Assembly (NCBI GenBank): GCA_919903025.1
Contig: CAKKSE010000040.1
Span: 1-52,607 of the forward strand
Direction: 5' to 3'
DNA length: 52,607 nt
Source of the DNA: Nitrospiria bacterium
GTDB taxonomy: Bacteria; Nitrospirota; RBG-16-64-22
Numbering within the stretch: position 1 is the stretch's first letter; every line of letters begins with the position of its first letter. The notes below the pieces were generated by a model. That model was not told the origin of the DNA, did not search any database, and saw nothing but the letters and a program-made list of their open reading frames with translations. Below are positions 17,230 to 28,254 of the stretch, in pieces. The position numbers were made by a program, and so were the translations under genes.

Positions 17230-18098
17230 GCCGCGGAAGGCGGGACGGGACCGCCCGGGCCCTGCGCCTGGTTCCACGGATCTTCGTCAGCCTGTACGAT
17301 AACCACGGCGTCTACCACGCCGCCGCGATCGCGTTCTATATCATCCTCTCGACCCCGGCGCTCCTCCTCGTCCTGATGACGTCGCTCGGCTACTTCCTGG
17401 GAGACCGCCGGACGTTCTACGACGTCACTCTCCACTACCTCCTCTCGATCTACCCCCAGATGGACGACAAGATCATCCGAGAGCTCGAATCGATCATCGC
17501 CCACCGCCACATGACGCTCCTGACGTTCGGGGTCTTCCTCTGGACCGCCACGCTTGCCTTCACCTCGATCGAGTTCGCGGTAAACAGCATCTTCCGGACT
17601 CAGCGGCGGCGCCATTTTCTCGTCACGACGCTCATCTCGATCCTCTTCATCACGATCCTCGCGGCCCTGATCCTGGCGACGACGTTCGTCATGTCCGCCG
17701 CGAGGTTCCTGATGGCCCATCCGCTCGTCGTCTCTTCCACGAACCTGACGGCTCTCCTCATCGACAACCCGTTCGTCGGGGGCGTCATCCCGGTCGTCCT
17801 GAGCATCGGCGCGCTCACGTGGCTCTACGCCGTCCTGCCGAACCGGCCGATCCGCCTGGGGCACGCCCTTCTGGGCGCTCTCCTGGCCACGAGCGGGTGG
17901 AAGGGAGCGCAGTACGGATTCGCGTGGTACGCCCGCGAGGTCGTCGACTTCGGAAGCATCTACGGGTCTCTGACGGCCCTTATCCTGCTCCCGTTCTGGG
18001 TCTTCTACCTCGCCCTGACGCTCGTGGCCGGAGCGGAGTATGTGTCGCTTCTCAGCGGAAACGGGCGGAAAGGAGAGAGCGCTGACCGCCCATCCTGA
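17226..18098 (+). CDS. YihY/BrkB family membrane protein
   Basis: AAAIAFY, LYAVLP, IYGSL, GAE motifs; TTGA overlap with der. Confidence 0.88.
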   Translation: MSRGRRDGTARALRLVPRIFVSLYDNHGVYHAAAIAFYIILSTPALLLVLMTSLGYFLGDRRTFYDVTLHYLLSIYPQMDDKIIRELESIIAHRHMTLLTFGVFLWTATLAFTSIEFAVNSIFRTQRRRHFLVTTLISILFITILAALILATTFVMSAARFLMAHPLVVSSTNLTALLIDNPFVGGVIPVVLSIGALTWLYAVLPNRPIRLGHALLGALLATSGWKGAQYGFAWYAREVVDFGSIYGSLTALILLPFWVFYLALTLVAGAEYVSLLSGNGRKGESADRPS

Positions 18099-18156
18099 CC
18101 CCGATGGACGGTCTTAACGAGGGTTTTCTCGATCGTCGAACGGGAATGGGAACGGC

Positions 18157-19680
18157 TCAGGAAGTGACCCGCTCCGAGAGGTCCCCCTCTTTCCGGGACA
18201 GGACCTTCTCGAACGCCGCGACAACCCTGGGATCGAACTGCCTCCCCGACTGGCGGCGCATCTCGGCAAGGGCCGTGCTGATTGGAAGGGCCTTCCGGTA
18301 GGGACGGTCCGTCGTCATGGCGTCGAACGTGTCGAGGACGGCGACGATCCTGGCCCCGAGCGGAATGGCGTCCCCCAGGAGGCCGTCCGGATAACCGCTT
18401 CCGTCGAACCACTCCTGGTGGTGGTAGATGAGGGGAATGACCGGCGAGAGGAACTTGACCTGGGAGAGGATCTCGGCCCCCTTCCGAACGTGATTCTTCA
18501 TCACCTCGTATTCCGCGGGGGTGAGACGCGCCGGCTTATTGAGAATCGTCTCGCTGATCCCGATCTTGCCGATGTCGTGCAGGGCCGCCGCGTATTTGAG
18601 ATGATCCGTCTCGTCGGTCTTGAGGCCAAGCTCCAGGGCCATATCGAGCGCGAAGTCGATCAAGCGGTCGCAATGGCCGCCGGTGTAATCGTCCTTGGCC
18701 TCGATCGCCTGGGCCAGCGATTTGATGGAATCGAACTGCGATTCCTCCAGCTCCCGGCTCTTCTCGACGATGGCGCTGTAGAGACGCGTATTGGCGATCG
18801 CGGCCGCCAGCTGGGCGCAGACGATCCCCAGCATCTCGACGTCGCTCCTGGCAAAACCGGGCCCGCCCCTGAGCCGCCCGACGTTCAGAACCCCCCGCAT
18901 CGCCGAGATGGGCAGGACAAAGGGAAGGCAGATCGCCGAGCCGAGCTGGCCGTCGCGCATGAGCCTCCGGAGCTCGGGAGGCGTATCGTCCTCCCCGTTC
19001 AAGAGGACGCCGCCTGGGCCGAGCGCCACCCGGCCCGAGATTCCATCTCCGAGCTTCATGCGCGTCGACCGGGCGATCGTGTCCGGAAGGCCGACGGACG
19101 CGCGGATCAGCAGGACGTCTTCTCCCGGCTCCTCCAGCATGATCGAGACGCGATCGGCGGCGGCTTCGTCCCGTGCGATCCGGACGGCCCTCTCGAGGAT
19201 CGTCTCCTCGCGCGTCTCCGAGAGCAGAGACCGGCCGATTTCGATCAGGGGAAGGAGGGATTTGAGGCGGATGTTCTCGCGGATGAGAGCTTGCTTCTTG
19301 AACGCTTCCTGAATGACGAGGAGGAGCTCCTGCCGGGTGAACGGCTTGAGGACGAACCCGCTAGCGCCGCTTCGAATCGCGTCGATGACGAGGTCCATCG
19401 AGCCGTGGCCGGTCATCACGACGGCGGCCATGCCCCTCTGCAGGAGGGATGCCTCGCGGAGGAAGGAGAGACCGTCCATGGCCGGCATCTTCACGTCCGT
19501 CAGGATCAGGTCGAACCGGTGACCCGAGAGCTTCTCCAGGGCCTCCGCGCCGCTCGATGCGGCCGAGGTCTCGTATTTCTCTTCCCCGAGAATCTCCTGA
19601 GTCAGCTCCCGGACGACGGCTTCGTCATCGACAACGAGAATGCGCTCTCCGGACACGCTCCGCCTTTCGCCGTCGGCCAA
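18157..19680 (-). CDS. REC-GAF-HD-GYP response regulator (cyclic dinucleotide phosphodiesterase)
   Basis: VVDD..DVKMP..KPF; GAF; EAKDDYTGGH, HDIGK, GSGYPDGL, RPYR. Confidence 0.93.
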   Translation of the reverse strand: MADGERRSVSGERILVVDDEAVVRELTQEILGEEKYETSAASSGAEALEKLSGHRFDLILTDVKMPAMDGLSFLREASLLQRGMAAVVMTGHGSMDLVIDAIRSGASGFVLKPFTRQELLLVIQEAFKKQALIRENIRLKSLLPLIEIGRSLLSETREETILERAVRIARDEAAADRVSIMLEEPGEDVLLIRASVGLPDTIARSTRMKLGDGISGRVALGPGGVLLNGEDDTPPELRRLMRDGQLGSAICLPFVLPISAMRGVLNVGRLRGGPGFARSDVEMLGIVCAQLAAAIANTRLYSAIVEKSRELEESQFDSIKSLAQAIEAKDDYTGGHCDRLIDFALDMALELGLKTDETDHLKYAAALHDIGKIGISETILNKPARLTPAEYEVMKNHVRKGAEILSQVKFLSPVIPLIYHHQEWFDGSGYPDGLLGDAIPLGARIVAVLDTFDAMTTDRPYRKALPISTALAEMRRQSGRQFDPRVVAAFEKVLSRKEGDLSERVTS

Positions 19681-19753
19681 GGAGGTTTGGCCTCAATGAC
19701 TGAAGAGCATATCAAGAAAACGCCGAAAAAACCACTCATCAAGCGGATGATCG

Positions 19754-20485
19754 TTACAAAAGATCGCCGAACCGGCTCTGAAGGAGGGCCAGAAAGACCA
19801 CGGCGGCTGTTTCGACGCGGAGCGTCCGGGGCCCGGCTCGAACGATCCTGAACCCGTTTCCGCGCGCAAGAGCGAGCTCCGAGTCCGTCCATCCCCCTTC
19901 CGGGCCCACCGCGAGGAGGAAGGCCGCGCCCCGGCCCGCGCCGAGGTCCCGCCAGGCCTCTTCTCCCCGGGGATCCAGCCAGAGACGCAAGGCCGCCGAC
20001 TCGCCGGAGAGAACGAGCGCTTCGACGGTCATTGGCGTACCGATCTCAGGCACGCGGACTCGTCCCGACTGCTCGGCCGCCTCCCGCGCCACCGCCTCCC
20101 ATCGCTTGAGTCGGCGGGTCTGCCGTTCGGCCGGCAGGCGCACCTCGGACAGCGCGGAGAGGACGGGAACGATGCGCGCAACGCCCAATTCGGTCCCCTT
20201 TTGAACGATCCATTCCATCTTGTCCCCTCGCGGAATCGCCACGGCGAGCGTTATGGAAAGGGGGGACTCGACGCTGGGCGTCCGGGGCTCGACGAGCTGG
20301 ACCAGGAGCGACTTTCCCCGGAACCGGAGGGTCCCTTCCCATTCCCGGCCGGAGCCGTCGAATACAAAGAGGGTATCCCCCGGGCGGCCCCTGAGAACGT
20401 TCGTGATGTAGTGGGATTGTTCGGAATCGAGAACGGCTTCGCCGTCGCGAATGCGCTCAGGGAAAACGAAGAGGCGCGGGGTCAC
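19754..20485 (-). CDS. rsmE: 16S rRNA m3U1498 methyltransferase
   Basis: HYITNVLR, KGTELG, EQSGR, VGPEGG, LRVETA; follows dnaJ. Confidence 0.95.
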   Translation of the reverse strand: MTPRLFVFPERIRDGEAVLDSEQSHYITNVLRGRPGDTLFVFDGSGREWEGTLRFRGKSLLVQLVEPRTPSVESPLSITLAVAIPRGDKMEWIVQKGTELGVARIVPVLSALSEVRLPAERQTRRLKRWEAVAREAAEQSGRVRVPEIGTPMTVEALVLSGESAALRLWLDPRGEEAWRDLGAGRGAAFLLAVGPEGGWTDSELALARGNGFRIVRAGPRTLRVETAAVVFLALLQSRFGDLL

Positions 20486-20492
20486 AGCGGTT

Positions 20493-21605
20493 TTACTCGA
20501 ACAGGTCCCGCACCCGCGACAGGAAGTTCTTCTCCACACCGCCGTCTTCCCCGGCCAGCGCGGCGAATTCTTCCAACAGCTCGCGCTGGCGCGGGGCGAG
20601 CTTCTGGGGCGTCACAACGACGATGCGCACCTGCTGGTCGCCCACGCCCCGGCCGCGAACGTCCGCGATCCCTTTCCCCTTGAGCCGGAAAACTCTTCCG
20701 GTCTGTGTCCCGGGCGGAATCTTGAGCGGGGCCGCGCCGGCGAGCGTAGGAACGTCGATCGTCCCTCCCAGGGCGACCCTCGCAAAACTGACGGGGACAT
20801 CGCAGACCACGTCGTTTCCCTCCCGCCGAAAGAGGGGATGAGGGGTTACGTGAACTTCGATATAGAGGTCGCCCGGCGGCCCTCCCCGCCGGCCGTGTTC
20901 CCCTTCCCCCATCAGGCGGAGACGCCCGCCGTCGTCGATGCCGGGCGGGATCTTCACGGAGATCGTCTTTTCGGACGGGACCCGTCCGTGTCCCCGGCAT
21001 GTCTCGCACGGATGGGAAATGATCCGCCCCTCGCCGTTGCAATGGGAACACGTCCGGCGGATCGTGAAGAAGCCCTGCTGGTAGCGGACTTCTCCCATCC
21101 CGCGGCACGTCGGACATTCCGCGGGTCCGCTCCCCGCACGGCCGCCGGACCCGCGGCACGTGCCGCAGGTCTCGGAGCGGTTGAGGCGGATGGTCGTCTC
21201 CCTGCCGAACGCCGCGTCTTCGAACGAGACTTCGACGGACTGGAGGATATCGGCCCCGCGCTCCGCCCGCTGCCGTTGCCGCCGCCGGCCGCCGCCTCCG
21301 AAGAAGTCCGAGAAAACCTCTTCGAAAATGTCCCCGACGCCCCCGAATCCGCCGCCCCCCCCGAACCCCTCGAAACCGCCCGCTCCCGGAGCTTGTCCGT
21401 ATCGGTCGTAGAACTCGCGCTTCTCCTGGTTGGACAGGATCTCGTACGCCTCGTTCGCTTCCTTGAACTTTTCTTCCGCCGACTTGTCGCCGGGGTTCTT
21501 GTCCGGATGATGCTTGACGGCCATGCGCCGGTAGGCTTTCTTGATCTCGGCCTCGCCGGCGTTCCGGGGAACGCCCAGGACTTCGTAGTAGTCGCGCTTA
21601 GACAT
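20493..21605 (-). CDS. dnaJ: Chaperone DnaJ
   Basis: HPD J-domain, G/F region, four CxxCxGxG. Confidence 0.98.
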   Translation of the reverse strand: MSKRDYYEVLGVPRNAGEAEIKKAYRRMAVKHHPDKNPGDKSAEEKFKEANEAYEILSNQEKREFYDRYGQAPGAGGFEGFGGGGGFGGVGDIFEEVFSDFFGGGGRRRQRQRAERGADILQSVEVSFEDAAFGRETTIRLNRSETCGTCRGSGGRAGSGPAECPTCRGMGEVRYQQGFFTIRRTCSHCNGEGRIISHPCETCRGHGRVPSEKTISVKIPPGIDDGGRLRLMGEGEHGRRGGPPGDLYIEVHVTPHPLFRREGNDVVCDVPVSFARVALGGTIDVPTLAGAAPLKIPPGTQTGRVFRLKGKGIADVRGRGVGDQQVRIVVVTPQKLAPRQRELLEEFAALAGEDGGVEKNFLSRVRDLFE

Positions 21606-21653
21606 CGGTGAGACGGTGAATGGGTGAATCGGTGAATGGGTGAACGGGTGAAA
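21606..21653. repeat. Octamer tandem repeat (SGGTGAAT)x6
   Basis: cggtgaga cggtgaat gggtgaat cggtgaat gggtgaac gggtgaaa abutting dnaJ ATG. Confidence 0.85.
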
Positions 21654-21769
21654 GATTCATTGTGCCATGGCCGCCGCAATTTGCCGATATGCCGAAGAAA
21701 AGGGGGCAGAAAGCGGTCCGCTTCCTGCCCCCACCGTCCCGCGCCCCCGATCCGCGTCTCGGCACGCGC

Positions 21770-23674
21770 CTACTTCTTCTCCTTGTCGACTTCTTCGAAC
21801 TGCGCGTCAACGACGCCCTCGTCTGTCGGCCGGGATCCCGCGGAGCCGCCCGCCTCGGCCCCCTTCCCGGCCATCTGCCCGTAGATCTCTTCGGCGAGCT
21901 TGTGCGACGCGCGGGAGAGCTCGGTGGTGGCCGCCCGGATCTTTTCGATATCGTTCTCGTCCATCGCCTTCCGCGCGGACTCGATGGCCTTTTCGATCTC
22001 CGCCTTCTCGCCGCCGGAAAGCTTGTCACCGTAGTCCTTTATCGATTTCTCGACGCTGTAGATCAGGTTGTCGGCCTCGTTCCGCGCCTCGGCGAGCTGT
22101 TTCTTGCGGCGGTCTTCGTCGGCGTGCGAAGACGCCTCGGAAACCATCTTCTTGATCTCCTCCTCGGTGAGGCCGGAGGAGGCGGTGATCTTGATCGACT
22201 GCTCCTTCCCCGTCCCCAGGTCCTTAGCCGAAACGTGGACGATCCCGTTTGCGTCGATGTCGAACGCCACCTCGACCTGCGGCACGCCGCGCGGCGCGGG
22301 CGGAATCCCGACCAGCTCGAACCGGCCCAGCGTCTTGTTGTCGGAGGCCATCTCCCGCTCGCCCTGGAGGACGTGGATCGACACCGCCGGCTGGTTGTCG
22401 GACGCGGTCGAGAAGATCTGGCTCTTCTTCGTCGGGATGGTCGTGTTCCGCTCGATGAGCTTCGTGAAGACGCCGCCCAGCGTCTCGATCCCGAGGGACA
22501 GCGGCGTCACGTCGAGGAGCAGGACGTCCTTGACCTCTCCCTTGAGGACGCCCGCCTGAATCGCGGCCCCGATCGCCACGACCTCGTCCGGGTTGACGCC
22601 CTTGTGCGGCTCCTTCCCGAAGAACTCCTTGACGACCTGCTGGACCTTGGGCATCCGCGTCATCCCGCCGACCAGGACCACCTCGTTCACGTCCTTGGCC
22701 GAGATGCCCGCGTCGGCCAGCGCCTGCCGGCAGGGCCCGATCGTTTGCTGGACCAGGTCGTCGACGAGCTGTTCGAGCTTCGACCGGGAGAGCTTCAGCG
22801 TCAGGTGCTTGGGTCCGGTGGCGTCCGCCGTGATGAACGGCAGGTTGACGTCCGTCTCCATCACCGTGGAGAGCTCGTGCTTGGCCTTCTCGGCGGCTTC
22901 CTTGAGGCGCTGGAGGGCCATCTTGTCGTTGCGGAGGTCGATCCCCTGGTCCTTCTTGAACTCGTCGGCGATCCAGTTGATGATCCGCTGGTCGAAGTCG
23001 TCTCCGCCGAGGTACGTGTCGCCGTTGGTGGATTTGACCTCGAAGACGCCGTCGCCCAGCTCCAGGATCGAGATGTCGAACGTCCCGCCGCCCAGGTCGT
23101 ACACGGCGATGGTCTCGTCCTTCTTCTTATCCAGGCCGTAGGCGAGCGACGCGGCGGTCGGCTCGTTGATGATTCGCAGGACTTCGAGTCCCGCGATCCG
23201 CCCCGCGTCCTTCGTCGCCTGCCGCTGGGAGTCGTTGAAGTACGCCGGCACTGTGATCACGGCCTCGGTCACCTTTTCCCCCAAGTAGTCCTCGGCAGTC
23301 TGCTTCATCTTCTGGAGGACCATGGCGGAGACCTCGGCGGGCGTGTAGCGCTTCCCGCGGATCTCGACCGCGGCGTCCCCGTTCGGAGACAAGCTGATCT
23401 TATACGGCAGGACCTTCTTCGCCCGCTCGGCCTCCGACGACTCGTACTTCCGGCCGATCAATCTCTTGATGGAAAAGATCGTGTTGTCCGGGTTCGTGAT
23501 CGCCTGGCGCTTCGCGATCTGCCCCACGAGACGCTCCCCGCTCTCCGAAATGGCCACCACCGACGGGGTTGTCCGGCTCCCTTCGGCGTTGGCGATGACG
23601 ACCGGATCTCCCCCTTCCATGATGGCGACGCACGAGTTCGTCGTCCCCAGGTCGATCCCGATGACCTTTGCCAT
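21770..23674 (-). CDS. dnaK: Chaperone DnaK (Hsp70)
   Basis: [34 protein letters not shown]. Confidence 0.99.
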   Translation of the reverse strand: MAKVIGIDLGTTNSCVAIMEGGDPVVIANAEGSRTTPSVVAISESGERLVGQIAKRQAITNPDNTIFSIKRLIGRKYESSEAERAKKVLPYKISLSPNGDAAVEIRGKRYTPAEVSAMVLQKMKQTAEDYLGEKVTEAVITVPAYFNDSQRQATKDAGRIAGLEVLRIINEPTAASLAYGLDKKKDETIAVYDLGGGTFDISILELGDGVFEVKSTNGDTYLGGDDFDQRIINWIADEFKKDQGIDLRNDKMALQRLKEAAEKAKHELSTVMETDVNLPFITADATGPKHLTLKLSRSKLEQLVDDLVQQTIGPCRQALADAGISAKDVNEVVLVGGMTRMPKVQQVVKEFFGKEPHKGVNPDEVVAIGAAIQAGVLKGEVKDVLLLDVTPLSLGIETLGGVFTKLIERNTTIPTKKSQIFSTASDNQPAVSIHVLQGEREMASDNKTLGRFELVGIPPAPRGVPQVEVAFDIDANGIVHVSAKDLGTGKEQSIKITASSGLTEEEIKKMVSEASSHADEDRRKKQLAEARNEADNLIYSVEKSIKDYGDKLSGGEKAEIEKAIESARKAMDENDIEKIRAATTELSRASHKLAEEIYGQMAGKGAEAGGSAGSRPTDEGVVDAQFEEVDKEKK

Positions 23675-23694
23675 GATTTCCTCCTGCTCAAAGA

Positions 23695-23785
23695 CGGTGG
23701 ATGGGTGAATCGGTGAGTCGGTGAATCGGCGGGATCCCGTTCATCCATTCACCCATTGACCCATTCACCCATTCACCTGTTCACC
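23695..23785. repeat. Octamer tandem/inverted repeat (GGTGAATS)n...(ATTCACCC)n
   Basis: Between dnaK and grpE; contains the grpE stop. Confidence 0.85.
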
Positions 23786-24439
23786 ATCGCCCGAGATCTC
23801 TCTCCCCGTGGACTCGGGGGTCTCCCCCGTCTCCGGGGAGAGAGACGGCCTCTTCGACACGATCACCAACGCGGGCCGAAGAAGGCGGTCATTATACTTG
23901 TATCCTTTCTGGATCTCCTGCACGACGGTGTTCTCAGGGGCGTCGGCGGCTGTGATCTGGCTCATCGCCTGCTGGCAGGCTGGATCGAACGGTTTTCCGA
24001 GAGACTCGACCGGCGTGACGCCGAAACGGGCGAGCGTGTCCAGAAGGTGCTTGTAGGTCAGATCGACTCCCTGAACGAGCCCGCCGGGGGAGTCTCCCCC
24101 GCCTTGCCCCGCGTGAGAGAGGGCGAAGCCCAGGTTGTCGGCGACCGAAAGGATCTCCCGCAGGATCGACTCGTTCCCGTAGCGGATCGCCTCGGCCTGT
24201 TCGCGCGCGATCCGCTTCTTCGTGTTATCGAAGTCGGCCGCCGCTCGGAGGAGTCTGTCTCGCGCCTCCGCGGCTTGGGCCTCCGCCTGCGCCAGCGCCT
24301 CCCGGAGAGCGTCCAGTTCTTCCTCGGGGGAAAGCTCCGCGGGAGGCTGACCGGTCGCCCCGGCCGCTTCGGCGATTCCCTTCTCGTCAGACGTGTCCAT
24401 AGGCCCCTTTGTAATGGGTTCGTGCTCCTCGGTTGTCAA
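23765..24439 (-). CDS. grpE: Nucleotide exchange factor GrpE
   Basis: ADFDNTKKR, FDP, QKGY..DRLLRPALV. Confidence 0.96.
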   Translation of the reverse strand: MTTEEHEPITKGPMDTSDEKGIAEAAGATGQPPAELSPEEELDALREALAQAEAQAAEARDRLLRAAADFDNTKKRIAREQAEAIRYGNESILREILSVADNLGFALSHAGQGGGDSPGGLVQGVDLTYKHLLDTLARFGVTPVESLGKPFDPACQQAMSQITAADAPENTVVQEIQKGYKYNDRLLRPALVIVSKRPSLSPETGETPESTGREISGDGEQVNG

Positions 24440-24545
24440 GAGGGTGCCGCCATTTTTTCCTGGAATCGCCTGACCTTACCAGCCGCTTCGAAAAAGCGTC
24501 AAGGAAAAACCATCCCTTCCCCCCGGCCGGAATGGGGTCCGCGGG

Positions 24546-25343
24546 TCAGGTCCGTCTTTGCGCCACGAGCCGCTTGGCCCCGGCCCGGACCGCTTCGGAC
24601 ACGTTCTTGTTCTTCTCGAGGTTCTCAAGATCCTTTTTCTTCATCTGATTGAGGAGCGGCAATGCGACCCCCGGCGGCGTCTTGGGGTTCCCCGTCAGGG
24701 CGGCGACGATTCCGTAGCTTCGGCACCACTCTCTGTTCTTGGCGATCTCCCTCAAAACGTCCTCCCCGACCTGCTTGGACTTGGCGAACTGCTCGATTTC
24801 TCCTTCGCTGAGCCGCGGGTTATCGAGAACGTTCATGGCGACGGTCCGAGCGCCGTCGCGGATGAGGATCGACCGGACTTCCTTGTTCCCCCGCAGAGCG
24901 AGTCTCAGCCGCTCCCCGACGGACAGGCGCTGAACGAGCTGGAGCGCGGAGCGGCCATGCTCCCCGCCCGCCTCATCGGCGGCACCCTCTTCCTCCGCCC
25001 CATCCCCGCCCACGAGGGCCATCTCTCCCCGCACCGCCAGGCCCAGTCGGGCGGAGAGAAGCGAGAGCACTTCCTGCTCCCCGACGCTCGACAGGAACCG
25101 GACGGTCTCCGGCGGAAGCGCCGGATGGGAAAGAATGAGGTCGAGGAGGTCCGGATCGTCGAGGGCCGAGACCGCCATCCGGTCCAGGATCCAGCCGGGA
25201 GTGGCCGGAGAGCGCGCAAGGTCGCGCGCGACGTGCGGCTGAAGGTTGGGAACGTCGAGGGGAAGAAGCGGCGGAACGGCCCGGAGGATTTCCCGCCAGA
25301 GGCGGAGTGCCCGGATGAGAACGCCGGTCGGCGCAGTCGTCAT
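24546..25343 (-). CDS. Conserved helical-repeat hypothetical protein
   Basis: ALRGNKEVRSILIRD, NPRLSEGEI, NPKTP repeats (LRV/HEAT-like). Confidence 0.75.
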   Translation of the reverse strand: MTTAPTGVLIRALRLWREILRAVPPLLPLDVPNLQPHVARDLARSPATPGWILDRMAVSALDDPDLLDLILSHPALPPETVRFLSSVGEQEVLSLLSARLGLAVRGEMALVGGDGAEEEGAADEAGGEHGRSALQLVQRLSVGERLRLALRGNKEVRSILIRDGARTVAMNVLDNPRLSEGEIEQFAKSKQVGEDVLREIAKNREWCRSYGIVAALTGNPKTPPGVALPLLNQMKKKDLENLEKNKNVSEAVRAGAKRLVAQRRT

Positions 25344-25346
25344 TCC

Positions 25347-26153
25347 CTATGCATCCTTGCGGAGAACGAGAAATATCTCCCGGTTTCCGGCCGGTCCCGG
25401 AATGGGAGATGGAATCTCCCCGACGATCCCAAACCCCAGGTCCCGCGCCTTCACGGCGACCTTGTCGACCGCCTCGCGGATCGCCGCGGGGTCCCGGACG
25501 ACGCCTCCCTTCTCCACGAACTTCCGCCCCGCCTCGAACTGGGGCTTGACGAGCGCGAGGACCCATCCCCCCGGCTTCAGGAAGCCGTGGACCGCCGTCA
25601 GCACGAGCGTCAGAGAAATGAAAGATACGTCCACCGTCACCAGGTCGACTGGCGGGCCGTCCGGCCCCACGAGATCATCCAGGCGCATGTACCGGACGTT
25701 CGTCCGTTCCCGCAAGACCACGCGGGGATCGGACCTGAGCCGGGCGTGAAGCTGGCCGTACCCGACATCGACCGCGTAGACCCGTGCCGCTCCGTGCTGA
25801 AGAAGACAATCCGTGAACCCGCCCGTCGACGCTCCGACATCCACGGCGACGCACCCCTCGACGGGGATCGGAAAGGCCGCAAGGACCGCCGCGAGCTTGA
25901 CTCCCCCGCGGCTCACGTACGGGTGATCGGGGGATTCGATCGAGACCGGCGCGTCCCCGGCGACGGACGTCCCGGGCTTCTCGACGCGCCTCCCGTCGAC
26001 CAGCACCTTGCCCGCCAGGATCAGGGCGCGGGCCCGCTCGCGGCTCTCGACCAGACCCCGATCGAAAAGGAGCTGATCGAGCCGGCGGCCGGACGCGCCT
26101 GACCCTCTTCCGCCCCTGGCGCTTTTCTCCGCCCCGCTACGGAACGGCCTCAT
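25347..26153 (-). CDS. tlyA: TlyA family rRNA methyltransferase
   Basis: S4 domain RLDQLL; YVSRGG, DVGASTGGFTD, DVSFIS, KPQFE. Confidence 0.95.
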   Translation of the reverse strand: MRPFRSGAEKSARGGRGSGASGRRLDQLLFDRGLVESRERARALILAGKVLVDGRRVEKPGTSVAGDAPVSIESPDHPYVSRGGVKLAAVLAAFPIPVEGCVAVDVGASTGGFTDCLLQHGAARVYAVDVGYGQLHARLRSDPRVVLRERTNVRYMRLDDLVGPDGPPVDLVTVDVSFISLTLVLTAVHGFLKPGGWVLALVKPQFEAGRKFVEKGGVVRDPAAIREAVDKVAVKARDLGFGIVGEIPSPIPGPAGNREIFLVLRKDA

Positions 26154-28038
26154 GCCACTGGATCGTCCGAACGGAGAGCATCGACCGGACAGCGGCGGCG
26201 ATCCCCTCCGCGTCGAGGCCATACGCCCGCCGGAGAAGATCGATCTCGCCGTGCTCCGAGAACCGGTCGGGAAGGCCCACGCGCTTGACGCGGACGCCGG
26301 AGATCCCGGCGGTCTCTAGGAACTCGAGGACAGCCGAACCAAAGCCGCCGGCCAGTTGATGGTCCTCCACTGTCAGCCAGAACGTCCCTTCCCTCGCCAT
26401 CTCCTTCAGGAGATTCTCGTCCAGCGGCTTGACGAACCGGGCGTTCACGACGCCCACGGCGTGTCCCTCCGCGGCCAGCGTCTCCGACGCCTCCATCGCG
26501 GCCTGGACGGCCGGACCGACGGCCAGGATCGTCCCTTCCCGACCCTCCCGGAGGACCTCCCACGAGCCCACGGGGAGCGGCTGGATCGTGGGATCGAGCG
26601 GAACGCCCGCCGCCGCCCCGCGGGGATACCGAACCGCAGCCGGACCGGGGTGATCGACCGCGGTCTTGAGAAGTCGGCGAAACTCGTTTTCGTCCTTCGG
26701 CGACATGACGATCATGTTCGGAAGGACGCGGAGATAGGCCAGATCGAACGCGCCGTGATGCGTCGGGCCGTCCTCCCCCACGAGGCCGGCTCGGTCCAGG
26801 GCGAAGACCACCGGAAGGTTCTGGAGACAGACGTCGTGGACGATCTGGTCGTAAGCCCGCTGGAGAAAAGTGGAATAGACGGCCACGACAGGCTTCAGTC
26901 CGCCCGCGGCGAGACCCGCGGCGAACGTCACCCCGTGCTGTTCGGCGATCCCCACGTCGAAGAACCTCTCCGGAAACTCGCGGGCGAACGGGGCGAGCCC
27001 CGTGCCGTCGGCCATGGCCGCAGTAATCGCGACAATCGACTGGTCCTGCCGGGCCAGGTCGACCATGGCCTGACCGAAGACTCCCGTGTATGTCGGCCCC
27101 GAAGACGAGGCCCTCTTGCCCGTGGCGATCTCGAAGGGGGGAGTCCCGTGGAACGGTCCGGGAGCGTCCTCGGCCGGCTTGTATCCCTTTCCCTTCTTCG
27201 TCACGACATGGACGAGCGTCGGTCCCGACAGGCGCTTCACGTTTTCCATCGTCGCGAAAAGAACGTCCATGTCGTTGCCGTCGAGTGGGCCCACGTACTG
27301 GAATCCCATTTCTTCGAAGAGAATCCCCGGTCCGACCATTCCCTTGACGCCTTCCTCCATCGTCTTCGCCATCCGGATCATGGGGAGGCCCAAGCGGGGA
27401 ATCGCCTTGAGGAAGTGCTCCGTCTCTTTCCGGACGGTCGTGTAGAAGGGTCCGGTCATGAGGCGGGAGAGGTAGGCCGAGAAGGCGCCGACATTGGGCG
27501 AGATCGACATCTCGTTGTCGTTCAGGACGACGATCAGGTCCTTCTTCAGGTGGCCGGCGTTATTGAGCGCCTCGAACGCCATCCCCGCCGTCATCGCCCC
27601 GTCTCCGATCACGGCGACGATCCGCCGCGCTTCTTTCTTCAGGTCCCGGGCGCAGGCGAGTCCGAGGGCCGCGGAAATCGACGTGGACGAGTGCCCCGCC
27701 CCGAACACGTCGAACGGGGACTCGTCGCGGCGGAGAAACCCGGAGATCCCCCCCCATTGGCGGATCGTCTCGAAGGCCGCCCGGCGCCCCGTGAGGATCT
27801 TGTGGGCGTACGCCTGGTGGCCGATGTCCCAGACGATCAAGTCTTCGGGCGTATCGAAAATGGCGTGGAGGACGATGGAAAGCTCGACGACGCCGAGGGA
27901 CGGGGCCAAGTGCCCGCCCTGGCGCGCGCAGACGCGGATCATCTCGGCCCGGATCTCCTCCGCCAGCGCGGGAAGGTCCTTCCGGGGGATCTTGCGGAGA
28001 TCGGCCGGAGAGTTGACGGAATCAAGAAGTGGCATCAC
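26137..28038 (-). CDS. dxs: 1-deoxy-D-xylulose-5-phosphate synthase
   Basis: GGHLAPSLG, GHQAY, GDGAMTAG, NDNEMSI, IAEQH, DRAG. Confidence 0.98.
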   Translation of the reverse strand: MMPLLDSVNSPADLRKIPRKDLPALAEEIRAEMIRVCARQGGHLAPSLGVVELSIVLHAIFDTPEDLIVWDIGHQAYAHKILTGRRAAFETIRQWGGISGFLRRDESPFDVFGAGHSSTSISAALGLACARDLKKEARRIVAVIGDGAMTAGMAFEALNNAGHLKKDLIVVLNDNEMSISPNVGAFSAYLSRLMTGPFYTTVRKETEHFLKAIPRLGLPMIRMAKTMEEGVKGMVGPGILFEEMGFQYVGPLDGNDMDVLFATMENVKRLSGPTLVHVVTKKGKGYKPAEDAPGPFHGTPPFEIATGKRASSSGPTYTGVFGQAMVDLARQDQSIVAITAAMADGTGLAPFAREFPERFFDVGIAEQHGVTFAAGLAAGGLKPVVAVYSTFLQRAYDQIVHDVCLQNLPVVFALDRAGLVGEDGPTHHGAFDLAYLRVLPNMIVMSPKDENEFRRLLKTAVDHPGPAAVRYPRGAAAGVPLDPTIQPLPVGSWEVLREGREGTILAVGPAVQAAMEASETLAAEGHAVGVVNARFVKPLDENLLKEMAREGTFWLTVEDHQLAGGFGSAVLEFLETAGISGVRVKRVGLPDRFSEHGEIDLLRRAYGLDAEGIAAAVRSMLSVRTIQWHEAVP

Positions 28039-28086
28039 CGCTCCTCAGCGATTGCGGATTGAAATACACCATTGCATTCCACATTT

Positions 28087-28254
28087 CTAGTGTAGTGTCC
28101 CTAACGCTTCTTTACATAGAAAGAGAGATGTCATTCCCGCGGAAGCGGGAATCCAGAGCAAGAAGACTGGATTCCCACGCATCAAGTGCGGGGCAGGCTC
28201 CGTCAAGCCCGGAATGACAAACAAAGTAAATGGACTTATGGGACACCACGCTAG
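28087..28254. mobile_element. MITE-like element with CTAG-bounded terminal inverted repeats and internal REP-like palindromes
   Basis: ctagtgtagtgtccc ... gggacaccacgctag (13/15 IR); internal gtcattcccgcggaagcgggaatccag ... ctggattccc ... ggaatgac; lower GC. Confidence 0.7.

Noticed and set aside
21606-23785. Repeat arrays as CRISPR
   Set aside because: Units are 8 bp and tandem with no unique spacers; no cas genes.
24440-24545. CIRCE element or hrcA before grpE
   Set aside because: No TTAGCACTC-N9-GAGTGCTAA; only a TTGACG-N18-TAAGGT promoter-like match.
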